A stretch of DNA of 64,000 nucleotides. Origin: Octopus bimaculoides. Lineage: Eukaryota. Where the stretch lies: positions 26,554,493 to 26,618,492 of the forward strand of contig NC_068989.1 of the NCBI RefSeq assembly GCF_001194135.2. Direction: 5' to 3'. The notes beneath the pieces are model-generated. The model was not told where the DNA came from. It did no database searches and saw nothing but the letters and a program-made list of their open reading frames with translations. The position numbers and the translations under genes are program-made. Of the stretch, positions 1-14,545 are shown one piece after another. Within the stretch, counting starts at the first letter, position 1. Every line of letters starts with the position of its first letter.

Positions 1-1182
1 TATATATATATATATATATATATATCGTTCAAATTATAGAAGAACAAAGACGAAGACAGGTGAAAAAAGAAGCAAGTTTGAAAACTATATTTGCGAACGG
101 GAATTCAGCAGCGCCGTCTTCCCGGGCAGTTACTCTGTGCTGATAAAGGGATTAATCTCACCAGGAATAGATCTTTGATTGACTTAATTCTCCGACAAAA
201 ATAGAAAATTTGAAAGAAAGCGAAATTTTGTGGTAGACAAGTGTGTGATTTATTCGTTGTTAGATGAAATTTTATATCATGTTCCTAGACTTGTTGACCT
301 AAAGATAATCCTGAACTTGAATAATTTACCTCAGCCCGGAGAAATTTTACAATTACATTCGAATTTTCAAGTGCCTTTTGTTATAAAACCGATCCGTGTC
401 TGGTGTTATATTCATAGCAACAAAACGCAAACACAAGTTGTTTTGTATATCTCAATTTTCATTTATGAAGCAAAAATTCGAAGTTTACTCTTTCGGTCTA
501 TTCTTATAAAATATCGTTTTGGCCAACATCTTTTATCATTACAAATATAATATCAGTTAATTGAAAATCATTTTTGCTTCATTAAACCTTCGATGTTAAC
601 CTGAACGTAACATTTTACGCTTCACAGCGATGACTTCCTAGAGAAATTTACCATTGTAATTGCAAAATAGCCTAGAAAATTAAATACTTCCACATGAAAA
701 ATATACATTCATTAAATCATTTTGTCTAATATTTGTGCTCTTCAACTTACTGGTTTTGACCGATTGTTAGTGGCAAACGACTTCACGGGCCCTCTGTGCT
801 TGGTAGAGTGTGGCCTTAATAATACGCTCCAAATGTTACTAATCGACCCTTCCCAAAATATATGGCACGAAAAGGTAAAGAAATCATGTTCTATGGAGAA
901 AGGAAGCAGTAGTTAACACAGGTACTGGAGGTTTAGATACAATAAAGTGATCATTCTCTAGATGCGGTGAAGTATATTTGTGTGTGGAGTAACAATAACA
1001 ATTAGTTGGATATTTTAGAAATACTCTATCGTGGGTTTCACTCATGCTTTAAAGAGTATCGGTAAATGTGGGAAACAAAAAAAAAGCTAATAAATGCAGT
1101 CTTAGCTATATTCAGTATTTGCGATAAGAGAAAACCTGGTCGAAAAAAAAAAGCCTAGCATTTAAAGCAGTTGTAAAAATTG

Positions 1183-2416
1183 TAGTTGTGTAAAGGCTGA
1201 AAAGTTCATAGGCTAAGCGTGAAAGAGTGACGCTAGAACTGTGAAATCTTGCATGCGTTAATTGCAACCCTTCTTATTAATAACTATATTATTTAGTTTC
1301 AGGTAAACTGGCATGTGATTGTTCAGAGAAGGCTTCAAATGTTGCTAATAGCGACTTCTCTCGAAAATCGACATACGTCGGCTTCCTGGTGTTATCCAGT
1401 ACCAGCAGAAAATGGTTTGGCCCCAAAAGAAAATATATATCTACATGGTTGCTACACCAGAGAATGACGCACATGCTATATCAAAAGTGAGAAAGTGGAC
1501 ATCTGAATTTAGAAGGCTAAATAAATCTTGAAGATAACGCAAGGTTTGGACGTCCGGCAGCTGCCACCACTGAGGAAAACACTGATCGTGTTTAACCACA
1601 TACTGATGGATGACAGGCGATTGGCTATAAATGAAATAGTCAGTGCTATTAGTATATCCCTGGAGAGTGCTGAAAATATTCTGCCCAATAAACATGGCAT
1701 GATGAAAATTTCTGCTCGGTGGGTGTCACCTCTTCTCACAACTAATCAAAAGCGCACGAGGCTCATGATCACACCACGGAAATATCTGACATTGTTTGAG
1801 ACAGATTCAGCTGGTTTACTTCAACGTTTCCTAATCGAGGATGAGCGTTGGGTTCATTACTTTGAGCCAGAGACAAAGTAACAATCCATGCCGTGGAAAC
1901 ACTTTTCATCTGCTCCAAGGAAGGTCGTTTCATCTGCAAGGAAGATGATGGCCTCAAGTTTTGAGATGCAAAAGGCATTGTGTTTATTGACTGTCCTCAA
2001 ATGGGCTACTTCTTCAGTGGAGATTACTATGCCAACTGGCTGATGCGATTACGTAAATTTGTTAAGACCAAGCGCCCAAGAAAACTGACGTAATGGGTCT
2101 TCTTTCATCAGAACAATGCTCTAGTAAACAAATTGTTGGTTTTAATGACTGATGTGTGTGACTGTGGCTTTGAACTGTTTGATTACCGACCCTATTCTCC
2201 TGATTTTCCCCCATTTGCCTATCATTCTCAAACATGAAAAAACACTTGACTGGAAAATAGTATCACAGTGATGATGACGTCATATCTGCTGTTGACGTTT
2301 TTTACCAGTAGGATGAAAGCACTGCAACACTGATAGAAGAAGCGTGTGGACCTCATAAGATAACATTCCATGAGAGCATTTTCGTCAACCCATAAACGTT
2401 TCAGCCTACCATCGTA
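1183..2416 (+). mobile_element. Mariner (Tc1/mariner superfamily) DNA transposon, near full length, degenerate
   Basis: Imperfect TIRs: left ...aggctgaaaagttcatagg (~1193-1212) vs reverse complement of cccataaacgtttcagcctaccatcgta (2389-2416), ending in TA; ~1.23 kb; contains transposase remnants. Confidence 0.9.
1365..2350 (+). pseudogene. Mariner DDD transposase pseudogene (stops and frameshifts)
   Basis: ORF 1528-1881 has ISARWVSPLL (WVPxxL motif) and IEDERWVHYFEPETK (first catalytic D); downstream frames give HQNNA (~2105, degenerate HHDNA), PYSPDFPP (~2190, YSPDLAP motif) and YHSDDDV (~2265). Confidence 0.85.
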
Positions 2417-3109
2417 TGTTAATTCCATTGAAGATATTTTGTACTTGCAGATATATCGAAATTAAAGTAATTAGAGAGTGAAAAAAAATAAATGATCGCC
2501 AAATTACGGAACCTGAAGTTCTGCTCGGCTAGTGATATCTCATGGTTTTCAGAAAGTTTGATCAATGCGTTTGTCGAGTGTGGTCGAAGAGACTGCAAAA
2601 CCTCCCAGGTCATTGGAAGAAGGCTTAGCAAAGTTATTCGGGCCAACATGCCACAATGTATGTGTACAATCTGGAAAAGATGGAAGTACACTGTGAGTTG
2701 CGATGTAGAAGCATATCTGATTGGGTAGCTAATAAAGGATAAGATATATATACCTAGATACATAGCCAGATTCGTCTGGGTGCTAGGTAAAATGAATTGC
2801 TAAGTTTTTGACCTCTCTTCTCCCAAATATGAAATCTGCCTCACTTCTCTGCCAAAAACAACCTTCCATTTCATTCTTTCAGTTTGGTAAATAAAGCAGA
2901 AATTAATGGCGATGGATTAACCAAAATGCAAGAACTTGCAAAGGTATACATTTTGTAACTGTGCACTTAGAGTTCAAATCACACATCCTATCATGGGTCA
3001 TTGCAAGGTATTAATTCCAGATTCACTATTAAAGCTATTTTAATTTTCGGTATATTTTACAATGGGTTAACTGCGAAAAATAACATACTGAAATTAAAAA
3101 AAAAAACAT

Positions 3110-3620
3110 ATTGACTTGGTGAGAGTGATGAGAAATGCGTCTCGCATGTGCGACTCTATGGAATTGGAAAGGCATATACATCACTTCATCCATCACATGC
3201 AGTTCTGTGGTTACAATCAAAGGAACAGGATTAGAGTGTACAAAGGATCCAGGACTTATGTACAACGCCTTCATAGAAAGTGATGCTAAGGGGATCTATC
3301 CGTTGTACGGAGAACAATTGTAGTACATGTAGGATGAACCCACGGATTAACTGTAAGGTTAAAAATATAGTGTATAGCTTATGATGTACTGAGGGACGAT
3401 ACAGAAACATGATAACTGCTTACATTGGAGAGACTGCACATTACATAGGGAAGCGTATATATGAACAATGGCGCTCGAAGAAGAGAAAGGTTCGTCAGAG
3501 CTCTGTCAACATGCTCAAGCAGAACATAGAGGCTCGATTAATAACATAAAGGTTAAGGTAATATCAGCGCATAGAACTGGTACCACACTTAGATCACAGA
3601 AGCTAGACACATAGTAGTAG
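3110..3620 (+). mobile_element. Penelope-like element relic (RT thumb plus GIY-YIG endonuclease)
   Basis: Manual translation: VRVMRNASRMCDSMELERHIHHF (3119-), NCKVKNIVYSL*C...AYIGETAHYIGKR (GIY-YIG, ~3348-3460), SELCQHAQAEHRGSINNIKVKV; similar to the relic at 41130-41710. Confidence 0.75.
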
Positions 3621-5269
3621 ACAGAGCAAGCCTCAATAGAAAACACGAATGGAACCATAACACCCATCACCACAACACACAACATGAGACAGAAGGGAGA
3701 AGAGACAGGAAAAATAAAATACAGATACAAGCAGTGTTTGCACACACAATAGACATATGTGCATGTACCTATGATACATATAAGGAATAAAAATAGATAA
3801 ATGGAAGCGAAAATAAAATCTTAATATATTTATCATATACCTGTGATAGATATCATAAATAGAGATAGATAAAAATAAATAAATAAATCTATATAAAGAG
3901 TACGGATACAAACAACATAGGAACCGAAACCATATACACACAGTAACTTCACAGATGGCCGCAACAGTATCAACAACACGACTAACAACGACAGCAATAG
4001 TTGTGGTGACAACGATGGCAATAAGAACTAACACGATGGCAGCAATGTGGCTAAACACACTAACACTGAGCGGATACAAGAACTGCACCACATTTCGGGT
4101 CCTAAGACAGCAGCAGCGATAACGGGGGAGGGGAAGAGGCTGAGGGGAAGGTCATAGTGATACTACGAACAATGACACACACATACAGATGCACACACAG
4201 TCACAAATATAGACGCAAGCACATGCGAATATACATCGTAGAATGAAATAAGTAGAGCAAGAGCACACACGAAGACGGAAAGTGTCGTTGAAAAGGTCAC
4301 AGATATGTGACGAAAGATTTCCGGACAATGGACATGAGTTAGAACAGTAATAAACGAGTGAATAACGAATATATAGTGTGTGTGTTTATTTGCCAAAAAA
4401 AAAAAAAATGAGCGTCCCGAAATACAACGATATTGAAATGTTTTTGTTGAAAAGTCTAACTGTATATAATACGATATACAAGAAGCGTGCCTATTAATCG
4501 TATATATGTTCAACGTGTATTCTAAATATTGAAAATATTTGTTAAATTTATTTTTAAAATTATAGAGAATAACCAATATATGAATGATATGAAACGATAA
4601 AAATAAATTATACACAGAGCTGTATGTTTTCCCATTATTGTAAACATTAATTACATCAGCACAAAAAAAGTTTACCAATCAATAACAGCAGACGTTATTT
4701 ACCAAAAATAAATTGCTTTGAGTAAATATCGATCTATTATATTGGCATAAGGGTACAGAGAGTAGGAAACCAGTTAAATATAACATCGATACACCAGAAT
4801 ATTCCAGATTATTTGGCTATTTTATCCAGGTGACATGGAAAATGAATACATGCCTAATGAAATTTGAAACAGAAATTCACCACACACACACACATACTCG
4901 CGCACACACAAACACACACTACGACATGTACCATTCTTTAGAGTGGGTGTTCTGGTTGTTAATTAATTATTGATGAATAACCATATTTGGTGATAGTTTT
5001 AAATAAATCTGGGACGTTTGTATTTACATATAGACAGCAGCTGAATAACTAGAACATTCAAGAGATATTGAATGGAATAAGTGCAAATTTTCACACCATA
5101 ATATTGTGTCGAATTTTTCAATGGCGTGTATCCACAGGCAGGAAAATGTTTATCTAAGCATGTTGCTGGCTGTGAGTACGTGTCCCATTGAGAAAGTACA
5201 ACGTGGGAAGGATGCTTCTGACCTTATCTCTAGTCGCTACTGCGACATTTTTCATTTCTTTCTGATATA

Positions 5270-5278
5270 CATATATAC

Positions 5279-5365
<87 letters not shown>

Positions 5366-5525
5366 TGTGTATTTAGTCTTAAATGCCACTCTTTCATACA
5401 AGATGTTATCTCTGAATGAACGCTACAGTAAGTTAGCGTTTCAACGAGGTACTTACATTAAACAAGTTAAAACTGGATATTTAATTACAATACTGCTTCT
5501 ATTGCATATTGTGGACATAGATAAG

Positions 5526-5588
<63 letters not shown>
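5270..5588. repeat. Microsatellites: (TA)n(TG)n at 5270-5369 and (GATA)n at 5518-5588
   Basis: Seen directly. Similar TA/TG/AG/GATA tracts recur throughout, e.g. 1-25, 8026-8083, 8940-8990, 13865-13948, 18880-19000, 20331-20407. Confidence 0.98.
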
Positions 5589-5589
<1 letters not shown>

Positions 5590-6101
5590 AAACTAAATGT
5601 AAAGTTATGGGGGTATGTAAATCTTCGAAAATCCATATTGATCCCAACATGATGATTTTCCGAAAAATAAATTCTTCAGAGAGAGAATCTGAGACTCTCA
5701 ATGACATAGACAGATGAATTGAATTACAAAAATGCAGATTTGGCCAAAGTAAAGTTGGATGTCAACCGAGTTTATAACACAGACATTGCCGAAATTCCCG
5801 TTTCGTTTGAAAAGATACTATGAATTTTAAGACAATACAGGGTAGGCCTATACCTAAGTGATCTTACGAGTGATCTGTGTGACAATGTTTCATCTGAAAT
5901 TGAGTAGGTGTTGGGAAGTGTATTTTAAATACAGCTATGGCGCTGGTGAGTATTTTTCTTTGTAATCCCCGAAACATGCTTTGCGTACCATGGAGTTAAT
6001 GACACCTGTTTACGTAACTGTTATTAGGAGATATAATTAAAGGCAAAATATGAATAGACAAAGATAATTTCTGTACCGCATCACATTAGTCGTCATACGG
6101 C

Positions 6102-6169
6102 ATGCAGATAAGTACAACATTTCGTTGTACTTATCTGCATCAATCCATTTAGATAGCCGCAGCTATCTA
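6102..6169. repeat. Two adjacent perfect hairpins (17-bp stem/5-nt loop; 8-bp stem/4-nt loop)
   Basis: atgcagataagtacaac-atttc-gttgtacttatctgcat (6102-6140); tagatagc-cgca-gctatcta (6150-6169). Confidence 0.95.
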
Positions 6170-8025
6170 GACGGCTGCTATACATGATTGAAATCAACGT
6201 CACATTTCTTCTTTTTGAAGCACACACAGAAGTACACACACAAACACACAAACAAATAGCATATATGTATGTAATTATATAAGTGTGTGTATGTATGTGT
6301 ATTTGTGTGTGAAAGGCACTATTATTGAAAAACTACGTAGAAAGTGTTTTCGGGATTTAAGCTTGAGTTTCTGCCAACCTTTTCAGTTCACTGAGCGTCG
6401 ATTTTGCAAGACCATCCACGATGTTTCGCGTCAATCCTAGCAAATTGGTCCAACGGATAGGATGCTCTCATGGTAACACATTACTCCGCACCCGGAGTCT
6501 GCTTCCTAATTAACATATGGCAATTGAGACTCGCTCTATATGAGAAGGGTATATAACCTCAATAATAAAACCTTCGTCGAATTTGACATACTATTGGGGG
6601 AAATGAAGAGGAGGTATGTTGCCTGAACAAAAATGGGTGGTTATTTTTGCTTTAATTAAGTACTCCTTAAGGATTCCTTGTCATTGAGCCTGTATATGCA
6701 TTTCGAACTTCTGCCACATAATTACAAACAACCACAATGTTGAAACACGCATAGGGACTTTAATGTAAATTCGTGTTTATGTTTATTTTCCCTACATTTA
6801 ATCAATTGATCATAACTGGAAATACTACACAGTATAGTAGATAATTAATTACTGTACAGAAAGCAAATTGGATTATGAAAATCTACGTAAAACTCTGTAC
6901 ATAACTGCCTTGAATATTGAACATGGATAAACAATAACTCGTATTTCACTGAAACATATACCAATATTTAGTACGCGACTACGAATGATTATAAGGAGGA
7001 AAAAATAAATGATAGCGCGTGTAAGGATTTCAATGTGTGCCTTAGAGAAACCGAAGGAATTTCTTAGTCATATTCTTTACTTCCGTTTCTGCATTGAAAT
7101 AAACTGATCTTTTAATTATTTAACAAATACTGCTACTAATTCAACATTTGTAGCGTTATATTAAAATGAAAAAATGTATGTGCACATTTCAGTTGATTTG
7201 CATTAAGGCTGATTTGATTTTTCTTAGAAGTTACAAACAAATGTTAATATTCACACTGGTATGCACACCTGAAAAGTATTTCCTATTCATCTTAGAAGTC
7301 CTTATTCATAATGGAACAAAACTGCAATCAGAACGATTGTATACAATCCAAGTCTCGTTTCGAAAAGCAAAAGTACTTATGTTTGTATTTTGTTACACTT
7401 GCGTTTTCATTCCATAGCACTGCCAACACTTACAAAATGCATGCCAACATAGGCATTAAAATAAATAAATGGTATATAGAAACGCCAAACTATAAAGACT
7501 CTGTATATTTCTATAAACCTGTATTTTCTTGAAAAACAATATCTGTGGGTTGTTTTATTTGTAACAGAAATTCATCGCGATAGAGTTTGACAAGCGCGTT
7601 TTGTTTACAAACAAATAGAATTAGTGAGACAATCATCATACGTTTTCTTTCAAATTGATGCTGTGTATATCTTGACAATATTTTTTCTATCATTATTAGA
7701 TTACAAATTGTCTGCTACTTAGATTAGGACAAACATCATATACCATAAATAGTGTCTTATTACCTTCTATCTAGCGAAACGTCAGGATTGATCATTATAA
7801 AAATTACCAACATTGTAGACTAAAGTATAATTCGCAGGCAAAGAAAAGACTAAAATACACAGACTGAGAAATGCACACATATGCACATACATACAGAAAA
7901 ATTTGATTTGTGTGTGCAATATATATGTATACATATGTGTGCGTGTGTGTCTGTGTGTGTGTGTGTGTGTGTGAGCGTGTGTGTGTGTGTGTATTATTAC
8001 TAATGGGGTTTTGTATATTGGTTGT

Positions 8026-8086
<61 letters not shown>

Positions 8087-8956
8087 TCTAAATTGTCGAT
8101 ATAGGTGGGATTTTAACGGAAAAGTTTCATTCTCGTTCGTTCCTGAAACTAGAAGTTACTGGATATAATGAGCAATATTCGTGAGACTTTTAAAGCTATT
8201 CATATATCATGCTCATTAGTGAAGCGAATGGTGTTGCACCTTTCCTTCGGAGAACTGCTTGTGTACAAAGAATTCTTGTGGTTGACGTTCGCGGATATCT
8301 TTACTCATATGCCTGTATGTATAATGTTAGTAGCTCATATACATTTGTTCTGTTTTCATTAATATTGGAATTCCTTCCAATATTTCCTTCCTCTTCCTCA
8401 TTCTAGGTAAATAGATATTTCTGTCACATTAACATACTTAGAAAATGCATTCTTTGTTCATGTTAAATTAATCAATAAAACCAAGGTCACCAATAGGCAT
8501 TAAACAATTCACTCCATTAGCATTGCAGTAATATATTACTTAAAAGAAATTTCAGGTGAAATCTCCGAAATAATGACATCAATTGAAAAATTACTAAGCA
8601 ACAAAGACTTTTGGAATCCCTTTTGTTGTTAAATGTGTCAAATAGGAATCATACATTTTTCGATTGCCAAGTTTCTTGAGAACATTTACCCAATGGCATG
8701 ATTTTGATGTGGCAAAGTAACAAAGCAAATATGATGGTTGGTAATTATTCACTTCAGATAGGAAAGGAACGTTTCAGGCAGAAATGCAATTTATATAGAA
8801 AATGCATATGTGAAAGTTAGTGAAAGGTGTGTAGCTTATCTGAATATTCCAGATATAGTAGCAAAACATGTGTAGACATGTAGGTATATATATGAACATA
8901 CAGACAAATACATTCATGTGTGTATGTAGGTGGGTGTTTAGAGAGAGAGAGAGAGG

Positions 8957-8995
<39 letters not shown>

Positions 8996-10314
8996 GCAGG
9001 CAGAGACAGACAGACAGCAGACATGCAGAGATAATTCGTGTTACGCTGTGAAGCGGTTCACGGTATCAGAACGTGCGGTTCGGTTCAAATATAACAACTA
9101 CGCAGAATCCCTGTTAAAGTATCTCAGTGAGACGAATCTAGACCGGTTAAATTTAACTGGCATCTTGTCGTACAAGTTGTGATGACGAAGTTAAGCCAAA
9201 TATTTTGAAATCATTTAATATGAACGTTTCAAATTTCCTTAATATATAATAGGAAATGAATCTTCGACAAAAACATTTCAAAATATGAATAAATTGATGG
9301 AAATATTTCAACATATATATATTTATGGCCAACAAATCGGCGACTAAGGGAGATGGATTTGTACATTGAGGGGCAAAAAGTGGGGATATAGGTGATAAAT
9401 AGAGAAAGAGACATACAGAGAAAATGATAAGAAAGAATCGAAGTATATATATATATATATATATATATATACGTATATATATTATACAAGGGAGCTCTAC
9501 CTCACTGATTAGTTAAAATTGATTACACTTTAAACCCCAGTATCAGGGAAGGGGAGGAGACAGGGAGCCGGAAACTTTGAGAGACAGAGAGAGGGAACGA
9601 GTGATAGGGACGGAGTGGGAGAGAGAAAATGTGTTTACTGAAGGGAACAACGAATTTTAATATTTTGTTCTTCAATTTTCAACTATCACTTAACGCATAC
9701 GCTTTAGTGAATTAACTATTGTATGTTCACTCAAAACGTTTACAATATGTCCAACGACAGACATTAAATTAACAAGCGAAATGTAAAGTGTTTTTATATT
9801 TGTTTTCAAATCACCGCATTAAGATTTATTAAAACTTTACCAACGTACAGAAAAAATAACACGTTTCCTTCCATAGATGAATAGCCCGTCGTTGTCGGGG
9901 AAATTTTTACAATAGAATGTTTTACATAATTTTTTGTTTATTCGATGTCAGGCCATGCCTTCCACCACATATAGGCCTCTTGATTAGGACATATTTGTGC
10001 AATTTTTCGCTATGATAATACACAACTATCAGTCAGTTGCACATCGTCAATCCTCTCATCCTTCCAAACTTTACCACCAATTCAATTTTATGATTCAACT
10101 GTTTTACATGCCAGTATTTATAAATCTATCCCTTGTCACCGTGTATTTGTAAATCTATTTGTAATTTAAATGGGAACTGAACACGGTACGGGACAGGACA
10201 TAAAACAGTGTAATGGGAACGGGAAGTGGAATAACACCCACTTTTCAGTGTATTACCGGGTAATTCAGCTAGTATACGCACGCACACACATACAGACACA
10301 CGAATGTGTGTGTG

Positions 10315-10363
<49 letters not shown>

Positions 10364-10589
10364 GTATGCGTGTATTCATGTATACATACGTGTTTGTGCT
10401 TGCGTAAGTATCTATGTAAGTATATATGTATGTGCGGGTGGGTGTGTAGACATGCATTTGATTGGGCCTGTGTATACATAAATACAAACACTCAATTATA
10501 TATACATACATATATACTTTAATTAAATTGGGTCACTTGCTATGCCTGATGAGTTCTTCGGCACTACAGCTATACACAAAGAAATGGTA

Positions 10590-11115
10590 ATTATTGATAA
10601 CATCGAAATAGAGAAATGGATGGAATATCAGCCATGAATGAAATGAGCTCAAATCCAGCAACAGACTGATCTTTCACAGCAATCCTCCTAAAGAAAAGCA
10701 AAGGGGCTCTAACAAGACCACTGCTAATTCTCTTCCAGAACTTCCTTGCAGCTTGGAAACTTCTCAGAAAGCTAAAGGAAAGCATAGCATGTTCTACTTG
10801 TGAAGGATGTAGCAGAGCGGAAGGTAAAGCTGCTTCTCATCTCTCATGTCAAGAAAATCATGGAAAGCATTGTCAGAAGGAAACTAATCATGTTCCTCGA
10901 AGACAATGCCTTTCTCCCTGACACCCAGAATGGTTTTCACTCACGAAGAAGTTGCCTTACATTGAATTTGCAGAGTTATGATTGGGTGTTGAAACAACTA
11001 ATGAATCGCTCAAACGTGGATGTGTTATATATTGACTTTGCAAAAGCCTTTGATAAGGTCGATCATGGGAGGATATGTCACGAGCTACGGAAACTACTTC
11101 AAATATGCTTGAGGT
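10590..11115 (+). mobile_element. LINE reverse-transcriptase fragment (CR1/L2/Jockey-like)
   Basis: ORF 10800-11117: KIMESIVRRKL...QNGFHSRRSCLT...VDVLYIDFAKAFDKVDHG; upstream frame AILLKKSKGALTRPLLILFQN. Confidence 0.85.
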
Positions 11116-11139
11116 AATATGCTACCTAATAGTGATTTC

Positions 11140-11620
11140 TGTCGAGTGTGTATGTTGCGTGTGAGCACTTTCGTCTTTCAATTAGTTTAAAGACACGCAT
11201 TCCACACTTCTGTATACTGTTGTAGCTTTCTTTTTGTAATAGTGTTAACTATTTCCAGTTTAAATCCAGATTCAGAATTCAAATACAGTATTTTTCTTTT
11301 GTCCTTCGTAGCGGATCATTTTCATTTTACATTTTGTTTAAGCTGTTGACTATTTTCAAAGATGAATAATTCCAGTTTAGTTTCAGATTTAGATTTTTTT
11401 TATAATTTATTCTTTTTTTGCCTTTTGTATTACTTGTATTATTTCACATTTCGACTTATATTATTTCTTTACTTGCTGTGAATTTCGCCTTTGCTTGAAG
11501 TTTCTTGAGATTTGGTGGTTGGCTTTGCTGTTGATGATCTGTGATGGTTTCAATTATTTGTCGAAGGTTTGATGATTGATGTAGAATCGGGAAGTGTCGT
11601 CATGGTAAATGGAGGATATA
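11140..11620 (-). mobile_element. Highly decayed Penelope-like relic (same type as 29790-31260)
   Basis: Minus-strand peptides INSKANH, RKILYLNS and GMRVFKLIER resemble the YINxKSNHP / RKIIWFNPP / GKxFLKLIDKHF segments of PLE RT C-termini. Confidence 0.4.
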
Positions 11621-11824
11621 GTGATTCCTAGCATTATGAGTAACTACAAATGGAATGTTTATATTTGTATATTTGATTTCATCTTTAGCATAATTATTTG
11701 GCCGTAATACATTGATCAGGAGTTCGTTTTGCTATGCTTATGGCATCATTTATTAACATTTCTAAGAATTATTGCTTTTGAACAAACATAATTAGTTTTA
11801 TCGCTCGTTGTCTAGTCTATTGGT

Positions 11825-12060
11825 ATTCTTCTACTTGTCTCCGTCATTTGACCGTGGCCATGCTAGGGCGCCGCCTTAAAGGATTTTTAGTCGAACACAC
11901 CGACCTCAGGGCTTAGTTTTGTGAGGCCTGGTAATTATTCTATCGGATCGTTATTGTCAAACAGCTATGTTACGGGGGCGCAAGCACACCCACACCGGTT
12001 ATCAAGCAGTGGTGGGGAGATACAGACAGAGACAAATATACACATGGATATATACATACA
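11825..12060 (-). mobile_element. 3' half of the bipartite tRNA-derived SINE family, running into a (CA)n tract
   Basis: Reverse-complement similarity to 44860-45047 (tgacc/gtggccatgct..gcgccgcctt...agtcga, ccggttatcaagc). Confidence 0.7.
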
Positions 12061-12426
12061 TTAGACGCGCGCACACACACACACACATATAATAAGTATA
12101 TACCTTAACTTATTAAACAAATTTCAACAAATTCATTCATAGAATGGATTATAGCTTTAATTTTCATATTCCTATACAATTGTTTCATACAAATCAAGCC
12201 AGATATTCATAAATAGAACATCGTAATAGTCAAAGTTGTACTCCTCAGTAGGTAATATTTAAAGGAAAAGCAAAAATAACAAGACGTTTAAAGTCCTGTG
12301 TTTAAAGTCCTCTGTCAAAGTGTATACTTATGCAGATCTGTAAGGTATGTGTTTATAAATATGTGCATGCCTATATATGTATGTATCCATGCGTACGTAT
12401 GGATGTTTGTGTTTATGAAAGTATGT

Positions 12427-12458
<32 letters not shown>

Positions 12459-13861
12459 GTATATATATATNNNNNNNNNNNNNNNNNNNNNNNNNNNNNN
12501 NNNNNNNNNNNNNNNNNNNNNNNNNNNNNNNNNNNNNNNNNNNNNNNNNNNTATATGTATATGCATATAGGTGTGTGTATGTGTCTAATGAGTATGTGTA
12601 TATATATGCATATACGGATGTGTATGTAGGGATGTACAGACGTGTATGGATTATGTGTGTATATAAATATATGTATATATGTGTGTGTGTGTGTGTATGT
12701 GTGTGTATTTCGGTGTTTGCGTATATATAGACATTTGTATATGTATTCCTATTTTTATAGTAGTGTGTACGTGTATTTACTTATACATATGCAAATGAAT
12801 GTACGTCTGTGTAAGCATAATTATACTATGTGCGAATATCCACATATATCAATTGTTGTCTCCCCTACATTACTAAAATCTTCCTGCCATTTTTTTTTCA
12901 TTTCCTCTATATGAAAATATAAACAGCTATAAAAATAAAATTACTTTCGATATACACCAACACAAAATCTTTCCTTGTATATTAAATAACTCAATATCGA
13001 ATTATACATTCTTCTTCTTATTTATTTGACTATCACGTAAGTAGTTCCCTTTTATACATCTTTACTCGTATTATATGTATTTCATAAAGTTCTTATAAAT
13101 ATAATAAGCAGTGGTTAGATTATTACTTACGACGTATAACACCATTTGTTGTCCATGAATTATTGACCGATTATTTATAAAATTATTTAAATAAAAAAAA
13201 ATTATGATCTATCAATTATTCCCATATCCCAATAGCAACTAACTATTTACTAACAATCGAAAGGAGAGTTGACGGTTAAGAAATATTAAATATGAATTTG
13301 AAATAACATATAGCGCCTTATTTGGTAATTGCAAACGTACATACAAATACAGCTTGACAAGTAAAAAAATTTAAGGTGGTTCAAATAGATATATATATAT
13401 ATATATATTGGATTTCAAAGAGAAGAAATCAAATTTAATATTAGATATATTAGCACTCACGTCCTATTATTTTTCTTAGTCTAGATTCAAATAAACGTAA
13501 CTGGAAGAACGAATATATAAATCCCATAAAAACCTATGTTACCTACTGAGGAGTACTAGTTTGACTATGACGATGTTATATTTATGAATATCTTGGCCCA
13601 TTTGTATGAGACAATTGTATAGGAATATGAAATATAAGACCATAATCCACCTTAATATCCAATGTCTTTCATTCTATAAATATGAATGAGTTTGTTGAAC
13701 TTCGTTTTATAAGTTCAGTCATATGCATAATATTTCTATACAAGATTTCATACATCTGAGACATTTTAAAAAATACATTCGAAAGTAATGTATGAAGAAA
13801 TGACATTAGACATCTAAGGAAAAAAATTCCAATTAAAAGACGAACATACATTCATCCGATA

Positions 13862-13949
<88 letters not shown>

Positions 13950-14545
13950 CAGTTTAGATACACAACCAAAGAGCTACTAATAGTTTCATGTTATCATGAT
14001 ATTTAAGGAAGCATATTTATATAATAAGACATGTATCTTAAAGTAAACCTTCAGGCCCTGTTTATGCGTTGTATATATTACAAAAAACAAATAATAATAA
14101 GGACGCTGGAAATTAAGAAAAACGTGGAAAATATGTTAAGGTTGGTGAAAATAATAGAACGAGAAGAAAGAAACGTAATCAAGAAAATAAAGGTCCTCGT
14201 CCTCCCTGATTGCAGAACGCTCATTAAATACAACTGGTATTGCAAAGTCTGCTGTCTTGCAAATCAGTCCGGAGCGAGTGGTGCCCACCAATTCAATAGA
14301 AAAAACCTGTCCATGTGTCTACAACTGCTAAAAGTTTCAGATCTCGAATTAAACAGTGTATTAGAATTGCTAGATCCTAAGAAGAGTATGAGACCTTTCT
14401 GTTACGCATAAGCTGCATTTCTTAAATGCATTAACATCTACTATTCTCCCCTTAATTATATGCGGTGTGGAGCTGCTCTTTAAATTCCATACGTATCTAG
14501 CTACCCGAATTGATTTCTTTTTATTGAAATACTGCAAATAAGAGA

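Noticed and set aside
9860-10110. Minus-strand peptide ...AYMWWKAWPDIE... suggesting a decayed transposon protein
   Set aside because: Multiple stops and no family motif I can name.
10546-10570. CTGATGA-gttc-ttcg-gcac, a hammerhead-like start
   Set aside because: Stem II is mismatched and no GAAA follows; no Penelope context.
14031-14411. 126-aa ORF with Cys pairs (YCKVCC)
   Set aside because: No recognisable domain, AT-rich low-complexity start and no convincing splice pair.
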